From an uncultured virus (IMG/VR IMGVR_UViG_2684623151_000005) (lineage: Duplodnaviria; Heunggongvirae; Uroviricota; Caudoviricetes), in IMG/VR virus record IMGVR_UViG_2684623151_000005: a stretch of 64,000 nt of DNA; one strand, 5' to 3'. Positions 20,230 to 30,793 of this stretch are shown here, in pieces. The translations under genes were made by a program, and so were the position numbers. The notes under the pieces were generated by a model. That model did no database searches. It had not been told where the DNA came from and saw only the letters and a program-made list of their open reading frames with translations. Each line of letters starts with the position of its first letter. The first letter of the stretch is position 1.

Positions 20230-21108
20230 ATGAGTATAAAAATATACAATGGATATCAAATTAAAAATGATAATATGACAGTATTTGAGTTAAAGGAGTT
20301 ACTTGATAATATTTCTATTGAAATAAAAAAAACGTTTAAAGATTTGTATATAAAAGAGGTATCGAAATTAGTTTCAACATGCTTAGATTTTAGAAATGCA
20401 TTTGATAATAGTGAGGATATAATTAAAGAATTCTTTGAACTTGAATATAACTACACCATATCACAAAAAAGTAAATTAGGATTGTGTATTTATAGGCTAA
20501 TAGAGGCACACTCCCATAGCAATTTAACAAGTAACAGTAAATTTGATTTTAATTGTGAGTTAGAGCTATTCCCATTCAAAAATAAAATATTATTCCTTTT
20601 GCATACTGAAAAGAATGAATACAAAGATATATTTGGTTACATTGATGAAGAATTTATTGAACATAATTCTAAATTATTCCCAAACATATCTCCATATATA
20701 TATTATAATAATTCAGATGCTCCGAGTAATTTAGAAAATGAATGGCCGCATAGAGAATATTATTGGGAAAAGGCAATAAACAATACCAAAAGTCTTTCTT
20801 ATCAATTAGTAAAAACAGAATTATTAGATATAAATTATAATGTTTTAAATGAAAATATAAAGAACTGTTATGATGAAAGAATATCAAATCTAAGCTATAT
20901 TGCAACTTATAATGAATTTAAAAATAAAATCATAAGTATAGATGTTGATAGAAATAATAAGATAGATTTTATTAAAATAGAAAAAGCTATAAGAAATATA
21001 GAAAAAAGTAATGAATTTAAGGAAAAACTTGAATTAAAAAAACAAGAATTTTATAAAAAAATCCCCAAATCTTATGATATTAAAAACATAGATGATATAA
21101 AAATCTAA
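20230..21108 (+). CDS. Hypothetical protein
   Basis: 292 aa with RBS AAGGAGG. Confidence 0.8.
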   Translation: MSIKIYNGYQIKNDNMTVFELKELLDNISIEIKKTFKDLYIKEVSKLVSTCLDFRNAFDNSEDIIKEFFELEYNYTISQKSKLGLCIYRLIEAHSHSNLTSNSKFDFNCELELFPFKNKILFLLHTEKNEYKDIFGYIDEEFIEHNSKLFPNISPYIYYNNSDAPSNLENEWPHREYYWEKAINNTKSLSYQLVKTELLDINYNVLNENIKNCYDERISNLSYIATYNEFKNKIISIDVDRNNKIDFIKIEKAIRNIEKSNEFKEKLELKKQEFYKKIPKSYDIKNIDDIKI

Positions 21109-21168
21109 AAAATAAAAAGGTGTTACTATATTTAATTATTTGTAGTAACACCTTTTTATATTATAAAC

Positions 21169-21747
21169 TTATATGAAATTTCTTTTTTTAAGCTCTAATA
21201 TATGCACTTTATGTAACTTTTCTATATTTTCTTTCAAAAACTCTATTTGTGATTCTGTAGGCTTTTCACATATAAATATAGAGGAATTATTGCCTATTGT
21301 ATCATAACTTATTGATATATATAAATTATCATCATCGTTAATTTCTTTAGCAATTTCATAATGATGTCCATACTCACAAGCTATAAATACACCATCAGGA
21401 GCTAATATACCATTCAACTTTTCATCTGTATTAGATGGATGACAATTTGCTTCAACTTCTTTAAGTATTATTAAATTATCAGTAAGAAACATAAAACCCC
21501 CAACTTTGTTAACTAAAACAACAAAACCTTGATTAATATACTTTTCTAATCTATCTATATAATCAGTTGAAAACTTAGTAAGACAATTTATATTTAATCC
21601 TCTTCTTCCATTCATAAATTCTCTTGCAAGACAATCTTGACTTAAATCAGAAGCTTTATACAATGATTCTATGCTATCAATTAACATATACCATGCTTTT
21701 TCACCTAATTCATTTTGTATCAAAATATACCTATTCATCAATATCAC
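21169..21747 (-). CDS. Hypothetical phage-like protein
   Basis: GILAPDGVFIACEYGHH motif; in an operon with overlapping start/stop codons. Confidence 0.7.
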   Translation of the reverse strand: MILMNRYILIQNELGEKAWYMLIDSIESLYKASDLSQDCLAREFMNGRRGLNINCLTKFSTDYIDRLEKYINQGFVVLVNKVGGFMFLTDNLIILKEVEANCHPSNTDEKLNGILAPDGVFIACEYGHHYEIAKEINDDDNLYISISYDTIGNNSSIFICEKPTESQIEFLKENIEKLHKVHILELKKRNFI

Positions 21748-21944
21748 CTTTTTTTAATCCAATTTTCTAAATTAATTCTTGCTTTTGTATATGCCTTTTG
21801 CATATCCTTATCATACACAGATAAAACTTCAGACATACAGTCATCTACAACTATACGCCACCCCTTATTAGGTATAGTATTGATTTTCATAGATAGATTA
21901 TAATCATTTTTAATGTTATCAAAAAGTAATAAGAAATCCTTCAT
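21744..21944 (-). CDS. Small hypothetical protein (paralog of next)
   Basis: DMQKAYTKARINLENW versus DMQYSFAKAQVLLKDW. Confidence 0.7.
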   Translation of the reverse strand: MKDFLLLFDNIKNDYNLSMKINTIPNKGWRIVVDDCMSEVLSVYDKDMQKAYTKARINLENWIKKR

Positions 21945-21946
21945 TT

Positions 21947-22159
21947 TTAATACCCTCCAAATTTATCAGATAACCAATCCTTTAATAAAACTTGAGCCTT
22001 AGCAAAAGAATACTGCATGTCGCAATCTTCAACATATACAACACTTAAATCATTATGTTTAATTTGTATGCACCATGAACATATTGAAGAATAATATACT
22101 GATAACGATAAACTAAATCTATTCTTTACGCTTTCAAAAAACTCTAAAAAATCTTCCAT
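21947..22159 (-). CDS. Small hypothetical protein
   Basis: 70 aa with RBS AAGGAG. Confidence 0.7.
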   Translation of the reverse strand: MEDFLEFFESVKNRFSLSLSVYYSSICSWCIQIKHNDLSVVYVEDCDMQYSFAKAQVLLKDWLSDKFGGY

Positions 22160-22187
22160 ACAAACATTACTCCTTACCTCAACCTAT

Positions 22188-22391
22188 TTAATACCATTTT
22201 TCAAACCATTCTTCTATTTTCACTAAAAACTCTTTCAATGTTAAATCTTCTTCTCCATTCTTAAGAGCTTTACCTAAAAGGTCTGCTACTTCTTCTCTGA
22301 AGTCACTACCTAAAAGTGAATTACCTGCTTTAGTTTCCATTTTTTCATATCTTTTATATAAATCATTACTCAAAATATCATTTCCTTTCAA
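22188..22391 (-). CDS. Small hypothetical protein
   Basis: 67 aa within an operon. Confidence 0.6.
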   Translation of the reverse strand: MKGNDILSNDLYKRYEKMETKAGNSLLGSDFREEVADLLGKALKNGEEDLTLKEFLVKIEEWFEKWY

Positions 22392-22608
22392 AAGAGATAA
22401 ATTAATCCCTCTCTAACAACTCGTATAATTCTTTATCATTGAAGTACTTAACATTAGAGTTAAACTTCTTAGATATTTCATCACTAATTGATTTTCTCCA
22501 CTCATCATAAGATATGGTGTTAAATTTTCTGATTTTTAACCATCTTTCCCTTAACTTTTCTTAATAAAAATTTATCATAATATTCACCCATAAGTTTATC
22601 AAATATTG

Positions 22609-22773
22609 CTAACTACAATATTCTTTTTCAAGCCTATTAAACTCTTCTACCTCTATTTCTCTTACAGCGTCAGTTCCAAAATGTTTTTTAGCATCAGTTA
22701 AAGCTCCATACCCTTCCTTCCACTCTAACATAGCAATCAGTCTTTCTTCATACAAATCATAATATCTCTTCAT
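22609..22773 (-). CDS. Small hypothetical protein (54 aa, not in the ORF track)
   Basis: MKRYYDLYEERLIAMLEWKEGYG...EYCS with RBS GAGG. Confidence 0.6.
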   Translation of the reverse strand: MKRYYDLYEERLIAMLEWKEGYGALTDAKKHFGTDAVREIEVEEFNRLEKEYCS

Positions 22774-22797
22774 AATAAACAACCTCATTTCAATAAA

Positions 22798-23097
22798 CTA
22801 AATTTTAAATCTTTGACCACATTGAGGACAAAAATTAGAATTAACAGGAGATTTACATATAGGACAAGCTTGACCTACACCCTCTACTTTAATAACCTTC
22901 TTTTCACAATCTCTCTCAATTAATTCTTTGTATTTTTCTAAATGCCAAATATATCTATCATATGCTTCTTTAATTTCTTGTGTAGACAAGCAATATTTTT
23001 CTTCAAGTTCTTTAGTAACTTCTTTATCACTCAAATCTATAGGTAAATTATATTTATTCTCTTCTTTATTATTCTTCATCATTAAAATCACCACCAA
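22798..23097 (-). CDS. Zinc-ribbon protein
   Basis: CPIC...FCPQCGQR. Confidence 0.7.
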   Translation of the reverse strand: MVVILMMKNNKEENKYNLPIDLSDKEVTKELEEKYCLSTQEIKEAYDRYIWHLEKYKELIERDCEKKVIKVEGVGQACPICKSPVNSNFCPQCGQRFKI

Positions 23098-23458
23098 ATT
23101 CTTTACTTAGCTCTAAATACAACTTATATCTTTCTTCTTTTTCCTTTTTAGCCTTTTCATCTGCTTTTCTTTTATTAGCTTCTTCAAATTCTTTCTCTAT
23201 TTTTTTTACATATTCATCGGTAATAACATCCTCATTAAGCAATTCTTTTTTCAAACAATTGTTTCTATATATAGCTCTCTTTCCAAGAGGTTCAGATAGA
23301 CATCTCATTGTAAGGCTACTATCTATATTAAATAACATTAAAAAATTATCCTCTGTAGCTAATACATTAATTTCTGACATATCAACCATATTTGAAAAAT
23401 TACAATACTTTATTTTCTTTCCTACTAAATCTTGACTATCAGTTATAAATTCAATCAT
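23069..23458 (-). CDS. Hypothetical phage-like protein
   Basis: 129 aa with RBS GGAGGG. Confidence 0.7.
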   Translation of the reverse strand: MIEFITDSQDLVGKKIKYCNFSNMVDMSEINVLATEDNFLMLFNIDSSLTMRCLSEPLGKRAIYRNNCLKKELLNEDVITDEYVKKIEKEFEEANKRKADEKAKKEKEERYKLYLELSKEFGGDFNDEE

Positions 23459-23468
23459 AAATACCCTC

Positions 23469-23864
23469 CTATATTTTAAATAAACTCAACACCACTCTAA
23501 CAAATTCTGCATACGACTTTATATCCTCAAATCTATTATGCGATATAGCCCTTCTAACATTTCCTAAATATATCTCCACGCAGTTATCAAGCCTTTTAAG
23601 TAAATATGTTTTATCTTCTATATTAATTTCTTTAATATATTCAAGTTTTAATCTTCTTTTGAATCTATTAAAATCAACCTCTATATCCTGCATTTTTTCC
23701 CCACATTGGCTACACCTATTATAAAAATCAGAACATGCTTTACATATTTTAAATCCTGGAGTACGACCTGTAGTTATAGGAGAGCCACATAATTCACACT
23801 TTGTATCACTAAAAGCTCTTAGGTATGCATTTCTATTACATTTATAGCAAATCAAAACATTCAC
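23469..23864 (-). CDS. Cys-rich zinc-finger protein
   Basis: Four CxxC pairs. Confidence 0.7.
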   Translation of the reverse strand: MNVLICYKCNRNAYLRAFSDTKCELCGSPITTGRTPGFKICKACSDFYNRCSQCGEKMQDIEVDFNRFKRRLKLEYIKEINIEDKTYLLKRLDNCVEIYLGNVRRAISHNRFEDIKSYAEFVRVVLSLFKI

Positions 23865-24024
23865 ATCCTATCTTACAAAACTAAAAATATAATTTTCAAA
23901 ATTTACACTCTTTTAATAACATTATATTGTTATATTAGACTTTTGTCAAAATAATACTACATACAAAAAAATGTTATTGAATACCTATTTCAATAACATT
24001 CTAAATAAGATAATATAACTTTAT

Positions 24025-24924
24025 TTAATTAATCATATTTACCTGATTTTTTACGAAATCATATGTTTTATTTGCTGATTTTTTACACCTATTAGGATTT
24101 AAAATACTTTCTTGAAATACTTCTGCAAAAAACTCAAAATGGTTTCTTTTATAATGACCATCAAATGAATAAACTTCAAATGTATCTTTTTCATTATTAA
24201 AATCCTCTAAAAACTCCTCACTATTAGAAGGAACATTCATTTGAATATCAACAAAATGCCCCATTTCATGTAAAGTTGAACTTTTAATAGCATTTTTTGA
24301 AGCTAATATATATATTGTCTTAGCCTCACTCATAGTTAACCCAACAATTTTACCCAAACTTTTATCATGATAATAAGTTTCTGCTATATTCTTATCTGTT
24401 AAAACTACCTTCCATCCATTAGCTACAAAGTTATTCATTACATTCTTAGGAACATATGATAAATAAGTATTAGTTAGATTAGCTAATTCCTCCGTAGCCC
24501 CTTCTCCTTCCAAATAAACATATCCAACTTTTTCAGGCTTTTCATTTTTATTTTTCTTAACATCAGCTATAGACTCTTGATGTTTAGTATCAACCCTATC
24601 CCTCTTTACTGATTTATGCAAGTCTATTTCCTTATTTTTATCAGATACTCTATCATTTTTAGTTATTTCTTTTTTACTCTCTTTAATCTTTCCCTCTTCA
24701 TGAGATAAACCATGTATTGCTTTATTTTGTTGAATTTCTTTTACTTTATCTTTATTTAAAATTTCAGTATTATTTGTCTTTGTTCCTCTCTTAGCTTCAA
24801 TTTTTTGCTGTAATATATATTCCGTACATTTCTTTTCATTGTATTTATTATAAGAATTTATACCTAAACCTACTGCCAATAAAGTTGTAACAGCAACCCC
24901 TAAAACTATTTTATTTTTAATCAC
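24025..24924 (-). CDS. Secreted/anchored zinc metallopeptidase, anthrax-lethal-factor (ATLF)/PPEP-like domain
   Basis: N-terminal TM segment, charged linker, LHEMGHFVD and EFFAEVF motifs; GTG start after GGAGGGG. Confidence 0.75.
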   Translation of the reverse strand: MIKNKIVLGVAVTTLLAVGLGINSYNKYNEKKCTEYILQQKIEAKRGTKTNNTEILNKDKVKEIQQNKAIHGLSHEEGKIKESKKEITKNDRVSDKNKEIDLHKSVKRDRVDTKHQESIADVKKNKNEKPEKVGYVYLEGEGATEELANLTNTYLSYVPKNVMNNFVANGWKVVLTDKNIAETYYHDKSLGKIVGLTMSEAKTIYILASKNAIKSSTLHEMGHFVDIQMNVPSNSEEFLEDFNNEKDTFEVYSFDGHYKRNHFEFFAEVFQESILNPNRCKKSANKTYDFVKNQVNMIN

Positions 24925-25050
24925 TAATTTACCCCTCCAAATGTTTAATACATTCATAGTATATTATTTTATTAGACTTTTGTCAAAATAATATTACACA
25001 ACATAAAAAGTGCTATCGAAATTTATTCAATAGCACCCCATTAACTCTAC

Positions 25051-25389
25051 TTAAATATCAAATATATCATATGAGTTTATTAAATTATTATATATTAACT
25101 CTGCTGTTTCATTACTATTATTCTCAACTTCTTTTTTATTCAATTCTATATTTAAACAAGCTTTTCCCATTTCTGCAAGTTTTCTATGTTCTTCTTTAGC
25201 TAAAGCATATATACTTAGTTTTAAATAATTTAGACATAATTCTGCTTTCTCTTGTGAAACATCATCTAAAAAAACTTCCATAGCTTTTCTTTGTTCATCA
25301 TTTCCTCGCAACATAACTTCCTTACACATTTTCTTAAAGTTATTCATATTAATTTTTCTAATACTATTATTTTTTGATAAATTAGCCAT
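25051..25389 (-). CDS. Hypothetical protein
   Basis: 112 aa with RBS GAAAGGAG. Confidence 0.7.
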   Translation of the reverse strand: MANLSKNNSIRKINMNNFKKMCKEVMLRGNDEQRKAMEVFLDDVSQEKAELCLNYLKLSIYALAKEEHRKLAEMGKACLNIELNKKEVENNSNETAELIYNNLINSYDIFDI

Positions 25390-25423
25390 TTTAAAGCTCC
25401 TTTCAAATTTAATTATTTACAAA

Positions 25424-26155
25424 CTATATATATAAAGAATTCTTATTGTCTAAGAAATAATAAAAACCTTTTTTAATATCTTCTTCCTCTTCTTTTGATA
25501 GCTTTCTATATAAAGAATCATTTGATAATTTAAATGCTCTTAATATTGAAGTTAATATAGAATTCCATCTTTCATCTTCATCAAGCTTCATAACATCTAA
25601 ATATTGAGAATAATCATATTTATTTTTATCACTAAAAAAACAAGTATATTTTACTGGTGTTGCCCAGTTGAACTTAATCTGACCTTCAAAAAAAGATACT
25701 ATAAAACTATTTATAGATTCATCTACTTCTATTAAGTCTTTATACATACTTAAAAACAACTTAAGAGCTTCACAAGCTCTATTTTCAAGCATATTATATC
25801 TTTCACGAGATATTAAATCTAATTCATGTTTTTCATTCAAAGCTAAAAGATTATATCCTTGCATATCTTCACAAGTAGATTTAATACCCATACTATTAAT
25901 AACACTAAGCATATTATCATCAAAGCTATTATATTTTTCTATTATAATTAAATCTTTAAATCCTTTTTCTAATTTATTTATTTCAAATAAGAATTTTTTA
26001 TAAGAATCGAAAGATTTAGGATAGTTTCTATTCTTTTTAATTTCAGCTATTCTTATAAGCATAAATTTTGCTATGGCAGGAACACCACAAAACAAAAATC
26101 TCAATGAAACTTCTCCATGTTTTTTTCTAATTCTAAAATTCATATCAACCAACAC
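25424..26155 (-). CDS. Hypothetical protein
   Basis: 243 aa with RBS AAGGAG. Confidence 0.75.
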   Translation of the reverse strand: MLVDMNFRIRKKHGEVSLRFLFCGVPAIAKFMLIRIAEIKKNRNYPKSFDSYKKFLFEINKLEKGFKDLIIIEKYNSFDDNMLSVINSMGIKSTCEDMQGYNLLALNEKHELDLISRERYNMLENRACEALKLFLSMYKDLIEVDESINSFIVSFFEGQIKFNWATPVKYTCFFSDKNKYDYSQYLDVMKLDEDERWNSILTSILRAFKLSNDSLYRKLSKEEEEDIKKGFYYFLDNKNSLYI

Positions 26156-26172
26156 ACTCCTTATTTACACTT

Positions 26173-26769
26173 CTATTTAACTTCTATATGTATATAATCA
26201 TTTAAAAGATTTATATCAAATAATCTATCTTTTGATTTTTTTATAAAAATTTTATTATCAGATTCATTTAAATAATAATCGAACTTATAATCACCTAAAG
26301 CTTTATAACTATTTAAATATTCAACAACAGTCTTATTATTTAAATTCTCTACTTCCTTATATCTAAGTACATTCATAGGCATATTGCGAACCACAAAATT
26401 ATATTTACCATTATATTTATATACAATAAGCATTTTATACTCTTCAGTATTTAGCTCACTATTTTCATAACTTACTTTAGAAATTACTATTTTACAAGGC
26501 TCAACCCCTAATTCATCTTCTAAATCTCTTATGTTTTTTACATTTACTAATGCAAAGTGATGTCTATATGTATGAATTAGCTCACACATCTTATCATCAC
26601 ATAATGGAATACCACAAACTAAAATATCTGTTCTTAAACAATCCTTAGTTGCTTGTTTCCCACATACTGAACATTTAAAATCAATATGCTTCTTGCAGAA
26701 ATCCTCCTTTTCAATAACATCTTCTTTACATTGTCCTATATATGATATATTAAATTTACATTTATTCAT
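26173..26769 (-). CDS. Cys-rich hypothetical protein
   Basis: Multiple Cys/His residues in the N-terminal half; RBS GGGAG. Confidence 0.75.
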   Translation of the reverse strand: MNKCKFNISYIGQCKEDVIEKEDFCKKHIDFKCSVCGKQATKDCLRTDILVCGIPLCDDKMCELIHTYRHHFALVNVKNIRDLEDELGVEPCKIVISKVSYENSELNTEEYKMLIVYKYNGKYNFVVRNMPMNVLRYKEVENLNNKTVVEYLNSYKALGDYKFDYYLNESDNKIFIKKSKDRLFDINLLNDYIHIEVK

Positions 26770-26893
26770 TCTATATTTACTCCCTTTTTAAACATTTTTT
26801 ACATTATTAATATAACATATTTTAGACATTTGTCAAATTTAAATCACAAAAAAATACTACCAAATAAAAAATTGATAGTATTTTTAAATTTAT

Positions 26894-27109
26894 CTATTTA
26901 TAAGTTTGTTCATAGTAATTAATTATATTTTCAAAACTCAAATCATAAAAGAAATCAAATAAACTATTAGTTTCTTTATTTCTTTCATTTTTAAATTTAT
27001 TTAGAATCATATCATCTAAATCATTATATTTTTTATCAACATATTTTTTTTGAAAATCTGTTGATTCTTTAAATGATTTATATATTACACTTTTCAAAAA
27101 CATTTTCAA
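26894..27109 (-). CDS. Small hypothetical protein
   Basis: 71-aa ORF followed by a terminator. Confidence 0.5.
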   Translation of the reverse strand: MKMFLKSVIYKSFKESTDFQKKYVDKKYNDLDDMILNKFKNERNKETNSLFDFFYDLSFENIINYYEQTYK

Positions 27110-27148
27110 ATCATCTTAATATATAAATATGATTGAATTTAACTTATT

Positions 27149-27931
27149 CTAATTTAATACTTTATCCATGTATGATATTACTTGCTTATATGGTTTACCA
27201 TATATCATACAACATCGAAATATATCTATTTCTGAACTCAAACACTTATATTTGATTACATCTCTTATATAATCCTTAACAGATACACCATTTACTATTA
27301 ATTTATCAATCCTTTTAGATTGATTTCTCGCTATATATTCATCAAACTCTAATGAAATTGGATTAGTGTATTCAATAATATTCAATATATTATATTTAGG
27401 CTCTATATATACTTCAGGATTAAACTCAAATTCATATAACCTATCTTCTAAATTGGATATTATCCAATGTATATATATATTATGTATTTCTAAATTATCT
27501 CTTGTAGTAAAAGATAGCATTTCATCAATTTCTACTAAATATACATCTGAAAAATATCCAGTTGAATAAGTCCACCCCCTCAAGAAATTCATATTCTCTA
27601 CATTTATTGCAGGATATAGTGTTGTTGTACTACCATTATCCTTTTTAAATCCTAAATGAGAGATATTTATCAATGCACTTCCTTTAGAATGCTTAAAAAG
27701 CAAATGCTGTTTATTATTTAAATACAAATTATTGTCACTTGCGTATTTCAATAATTCATCACCTTTAAATAATTCAAGTCTTATAAATTCATTATTTAGC
27801 CTAACCATTAATTCATTAAATTTTTTAGTATTATCTTTTAAATATTTGAATGGAATTTTTGTTTTTACAAAATCAATAATATTAGAATCTTTTCTTTTAA
27901 AACATTCCAATACAATCACGCCCCTTTTCAT
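27149..27931 (-). CDS. Hypothetical protein
   Basis: 260-aa ORF downstream of a palindromic promoter. Confidence 0.75.
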   Translation of the reverse strand: MKRGVIVLECFKRKDSNIIDFVKTKIPFKYLKDNTKKFNELMVRLNNEFIRLELFKGDELLKYASDNNLYLNNKQHLLFKHSKGSALINISHLGFKKDNGSTTTLYPAINVENMNFLRGWTYSTGYFSDVYLVEIDEMLSFTTRDNLEIHNIYIHWIISNLEDRLYEFEFNPEVYIEPKYNILNIIEYTNPISLEFDEYIARNQSKRIDKLIVNGVSVKDYIRDVIKYKCLSSEIDIFRCCMIYGKPYKQVISYMDKVLN

Positions 27932-28059
27932 TTATAAAAATTCTCATAAATTTATTTTCCGTATATTTGTATATATATACAATATATAGACATTTGTCAA
28001 ATAATATAGTATTTACATATAAAGAAAGGTTATAATATATTTAAAAGAGGTGATTATAT

Positions 28060-28737
28060 ATGAATAAAAAACTATTTTTAATAACTGGTGATACTCATGG
28101 AGATTTAAATCTAATTAGATTTAAAAAAGCAAAGGAACTCAATCCTGACTATTTAATAGTAACTGGTGATTTTGGTTATATATTTGATGGAGGAGAGGAT
28201 GAAGAAAAAGCCTTAAATGAAATGGAGAAATTCAACTTTAATATACTTTTTGTAGATGGAAATCATGAAAATTTTGATTTATTAAACAAATATCCAATAA
28301 CTGAATGGAATGGTGGATTGGTTCAGAAAATAAGAAATAATGTAATTAGACTTAGAAGAGGTGAGATTTACACTATAGAAGGAAAAACTTTTTTTACATT
28401 TGGAGGAGCTAAATCTATTGATATATACAATAGATTTAAAGGTATTAATTATTGGGAAGAGGAATCACCAACATCAGAAGAAATGCAATATGGCATAGAA
28501 AACTTAAAGAAAGTAAATAACAATGTTGATTATATAATTACACATACTTGTGCATCAAGCACATTAAAAGAAATTATGAAATATTTTTTTGATGATGACT
28601 TAAGTACTTATTTTGAATTTTTAAAACATAATTACAACATAAAATTTAAAACTTGGTACTTTGGTCATTTACACTACGATATAAAAATAAATGAAAAAGA
28701 AGTTTGTCTTTATAAAAATATTTTAGAATTAAAATAA
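28060..28737 (+). CDS. Calcineurin-like metallophosphoesterase
   Basis: GDTHG, GDFG, DGNHENF, ITH and FGHLH motifs. Confidence 0.92.
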   Translation: MNKKLFLITGDTHGDLNLIRFKKAKELNPDYLIVTGDFGYIFDGGEDEEKALNEMEKFNFNILFVDGNHENFDLLNKYPITEWNGGLVQKIRNNVIRLRRGEIYTIEGKTFFTFGGAKSIDIYNRFKGINYWEEESPTSEEMQYGIENLKKVNNNVDYIITHTCASSTLKEIMKYFFDDDLSTYFEFLKHNYNIKFKTWYFGHLHYDIKINEKEVCLYKNILELK

Positions 28738-28758
28738 GCAACTTACTCACTAAGTTGC

Positions 28759-28941
28759 TTATTTCTTATTAATAGAAGTTACAGATAATCTATAATCATA
28801 TTCATCATTATAAAGTGTTTTTAATATATTTTTACAAAACAATCCTGGATGTACACTTTCAGGAACACTTATATTCTTAAATATATATATTTTATTTTTA
28901 TTTTTCATATTGATTAATTTTATATCATATTGTTTACACAT
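28759..28941 (-). CDS. Small HPG-motif protein
   Basis: HPGLFCKNI...YRLSVTSI; paralog of the next ORF. Confidence 0.6.
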   Translation of the reverse strand: MCKQYDIKLINMKNKNKIYIFKNISVPESVHPGLFCKNILKTLYNDEYDYRLSVTSINKK

Positions 28942-28959
28942 AAAACTCTTTGCTATCCT

Positions 28960-29163
28960 TTATCTTATTCTTTTTATACTAACAACAGACAATTCATAGC
29001 TATCTACATTCCACCCAATTTTAGTGTATATATCCTTAGCCAATACACCTGGATGTTCTGATTTATTCGCCTTAATCTCCTTGAATACTGTTCCTTTTAC
29101 AACCTCTCCTGTCCAATAATCCTTTCTTGCTAATTCGACTTCATATATTTTCATATCAATCAC
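28960..29163 (-). CDS. Small HPG-motif protein
   Basis: HPGVLAKDI...YELSVVSI. Confidence 0.65.
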   Translation of the reverse strand: MIDMKIYEVELARKDYWTGEVVKGTVFKEIKANKSEHPGVLAKDIYTKIGWNVDSYELSVVSIKRIR

Positions 29164-30401
29164 TTCTTTTCATAAAATTTTGTTGATTTAACATTATATA
29201 TGCTTATTAAATTATCCTCAATTTCAACCATAGATTCAATATTATTAACTATCTCATCCTTAGACTTATACGCTAATGGGCTTTCATCTATTGTACTTTC
29301 CTCTACACTTCTACTCCAAACATCATTCATAGATTCTATGTAATCTTCCATACTAATAACTTCTTTAGCTTCACTTCTTGAATAAACTCTACCTGCTCCA
29401 TGAGGTGCTGAACAGTTTGTATCAGGATTCCCCTTACCTACCCCAATAATACAACCATCTTTCATATTAATAGGTATTATAAGCTTTTCTCCTTTTTGAG
29501 CTGAAATAGCCCCTTTTCTTAAAATCATATTATCTAAGTCTATATAGTTGTGTATAGAAGATATTTTATCTACAACAGTTAAATTCATCTTTTCAACTAT
29601 ACAATCTAATATAGCTTGTCTATTAAGATTAGAGAATTCTTGTGCTATTTTCATATCATTTAGATAATTCTCAAACATTTTTCCTCTTAAGCATAAAAAT
29701 TTTTCTTTTATATTTGCTCTAAAATTAGCTTCTTCTTTCCTTATTTTCTCTATTAATTTTGGAATTTCTCTTTGTCTACCTGCAGGAATTAAACTCTTCT
29801 TAACTTCATCTATTTTTTGTTCTGCATTAAAATTTTCATTCATATATTGATTAATGGTAGCTTCATTATAAAATTTAGCTATTTCTCCACCAAATTTTCT
29901 TGAACCAGTATGTACAACTAAATACAAGCTACCATCTTTCTCACTTTTATCTATTTCTATATAGTGATTTCCACCACCTAAAGAAAAGAAAGTCCTTAAG
30001 CTTGTTTCAAGCTTTATGTTTTTTCCACAATATAATGAATTTATAGGTAACTTATTAATCAATTTATTTTTAATAAATCCATCCTCTGCTCCCATAGCTA
30101 TATTACTTCTTATAACATTCTCTAATTTTTCAAAATCTATTTCACGTTCTTTTAATTTGTACGCAAGAACTCCACAACCAATATCTCCACTAACAAGATT
30201 TACACATACACTATCATCTATAGTCATAGTAAAACCTATTACACATTCTTTTCCTACATGACAATCAGGCATTATCTTGATAATACTATCCTTAAAATTT
30301 TCATTATTTAATACATTTAATATTTGACTTATTGCTCCATCTTCAATAAAATCTGTAAATATCTTAGCTGTATTAAATCTTCCATTTAATTCAAAACTCA
30401 A
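29160..30401 (-). CDS. rtcB: RtcB family RNA ligase
   Basis: MPDCH, GDIGCG, LGGGNHYIE, HTGSR, HNY, RKGA, SAPHGAGR and DESPLAYK motifs. Confidence 0.94.
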   Translation of the reverse strand: MSFELNGRFNTAKIFTDFIEDGAISQILNVLNNENFKDSIIKIMPDCHVGKECVIGFTMTIDDSVCVNLVSGDIGCGVLAYKLKEREIDFEKLENVIRSNIAMGAEDGFIKNKLINKLPINSLYCGKNIKLETSLRTFFSLGGGNHYIEIDKSEKDGSLYLVVHTGSRKFGGEIAKFYNEATINQYMNENFNAEQKIDEVKKSLIPAGRQREIPKLIEKIRKEEANFRANIKEKFLCLRGKMFENYLNDMKIAQEFSNLNRQAILDCIVEKMNLTVVDKISSIHNYIDLDNMILRKGAISAQKGEKLIIPINMKDGCIIGVGKGNPDTNCSAPHGAGRVYSRSEAKEVISMEDYIESMNDVWSRSVEESTIDESPLAYKSKDEIVNNIESMVEIEDNLISIYNVKSTKFYEKK

Positions 30402-30637
30402 CGTACTTCACAACCTTTCTTTACTACTCCCTTATAAAATATCCTAATTTTATCTTTCATAGGAGTTTTAATTCTACAAGGACATACCTTCAAATGTTTA
30501 TATTTATATTGAGCTACTTTTAATTTATGTCTTAAACTCATTATTTCATCATTTTCATATTCAAGTCTATTTGTCTTTATCACACTTACTTCTCTACACA
30601 ATCCACAAGTTACTTTAGTTGATTTCATCTTTACCAT
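30398..30637 (-). CDS. Small hypothetical protein
   Basis: 79 aa, overlaps the rtcB start; contains CxxC. Confidence 0.6.
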   Translation of the reverse strand: MVKMKSTKVTCGLCREVSVIKTNRLEYENDEIMSLRHKLKVAQYKYKHLKVCPCRIKTPMKDKIRIFYKGVVKKGCEVR

Positions 30638-30793
30638 TTCCTTAAATACACCTCCAATTATTTATGATGTCATTATAAAATTACATTAGACAATTGTCAA
30701 TATTTTAGATTGGTTATAGTTTCACAAAATAGTTTTGTGTATAGTTACAGAGCAATAAAATAAGCTTTAGGAATTTCCTAAAGCTTATTTTAT

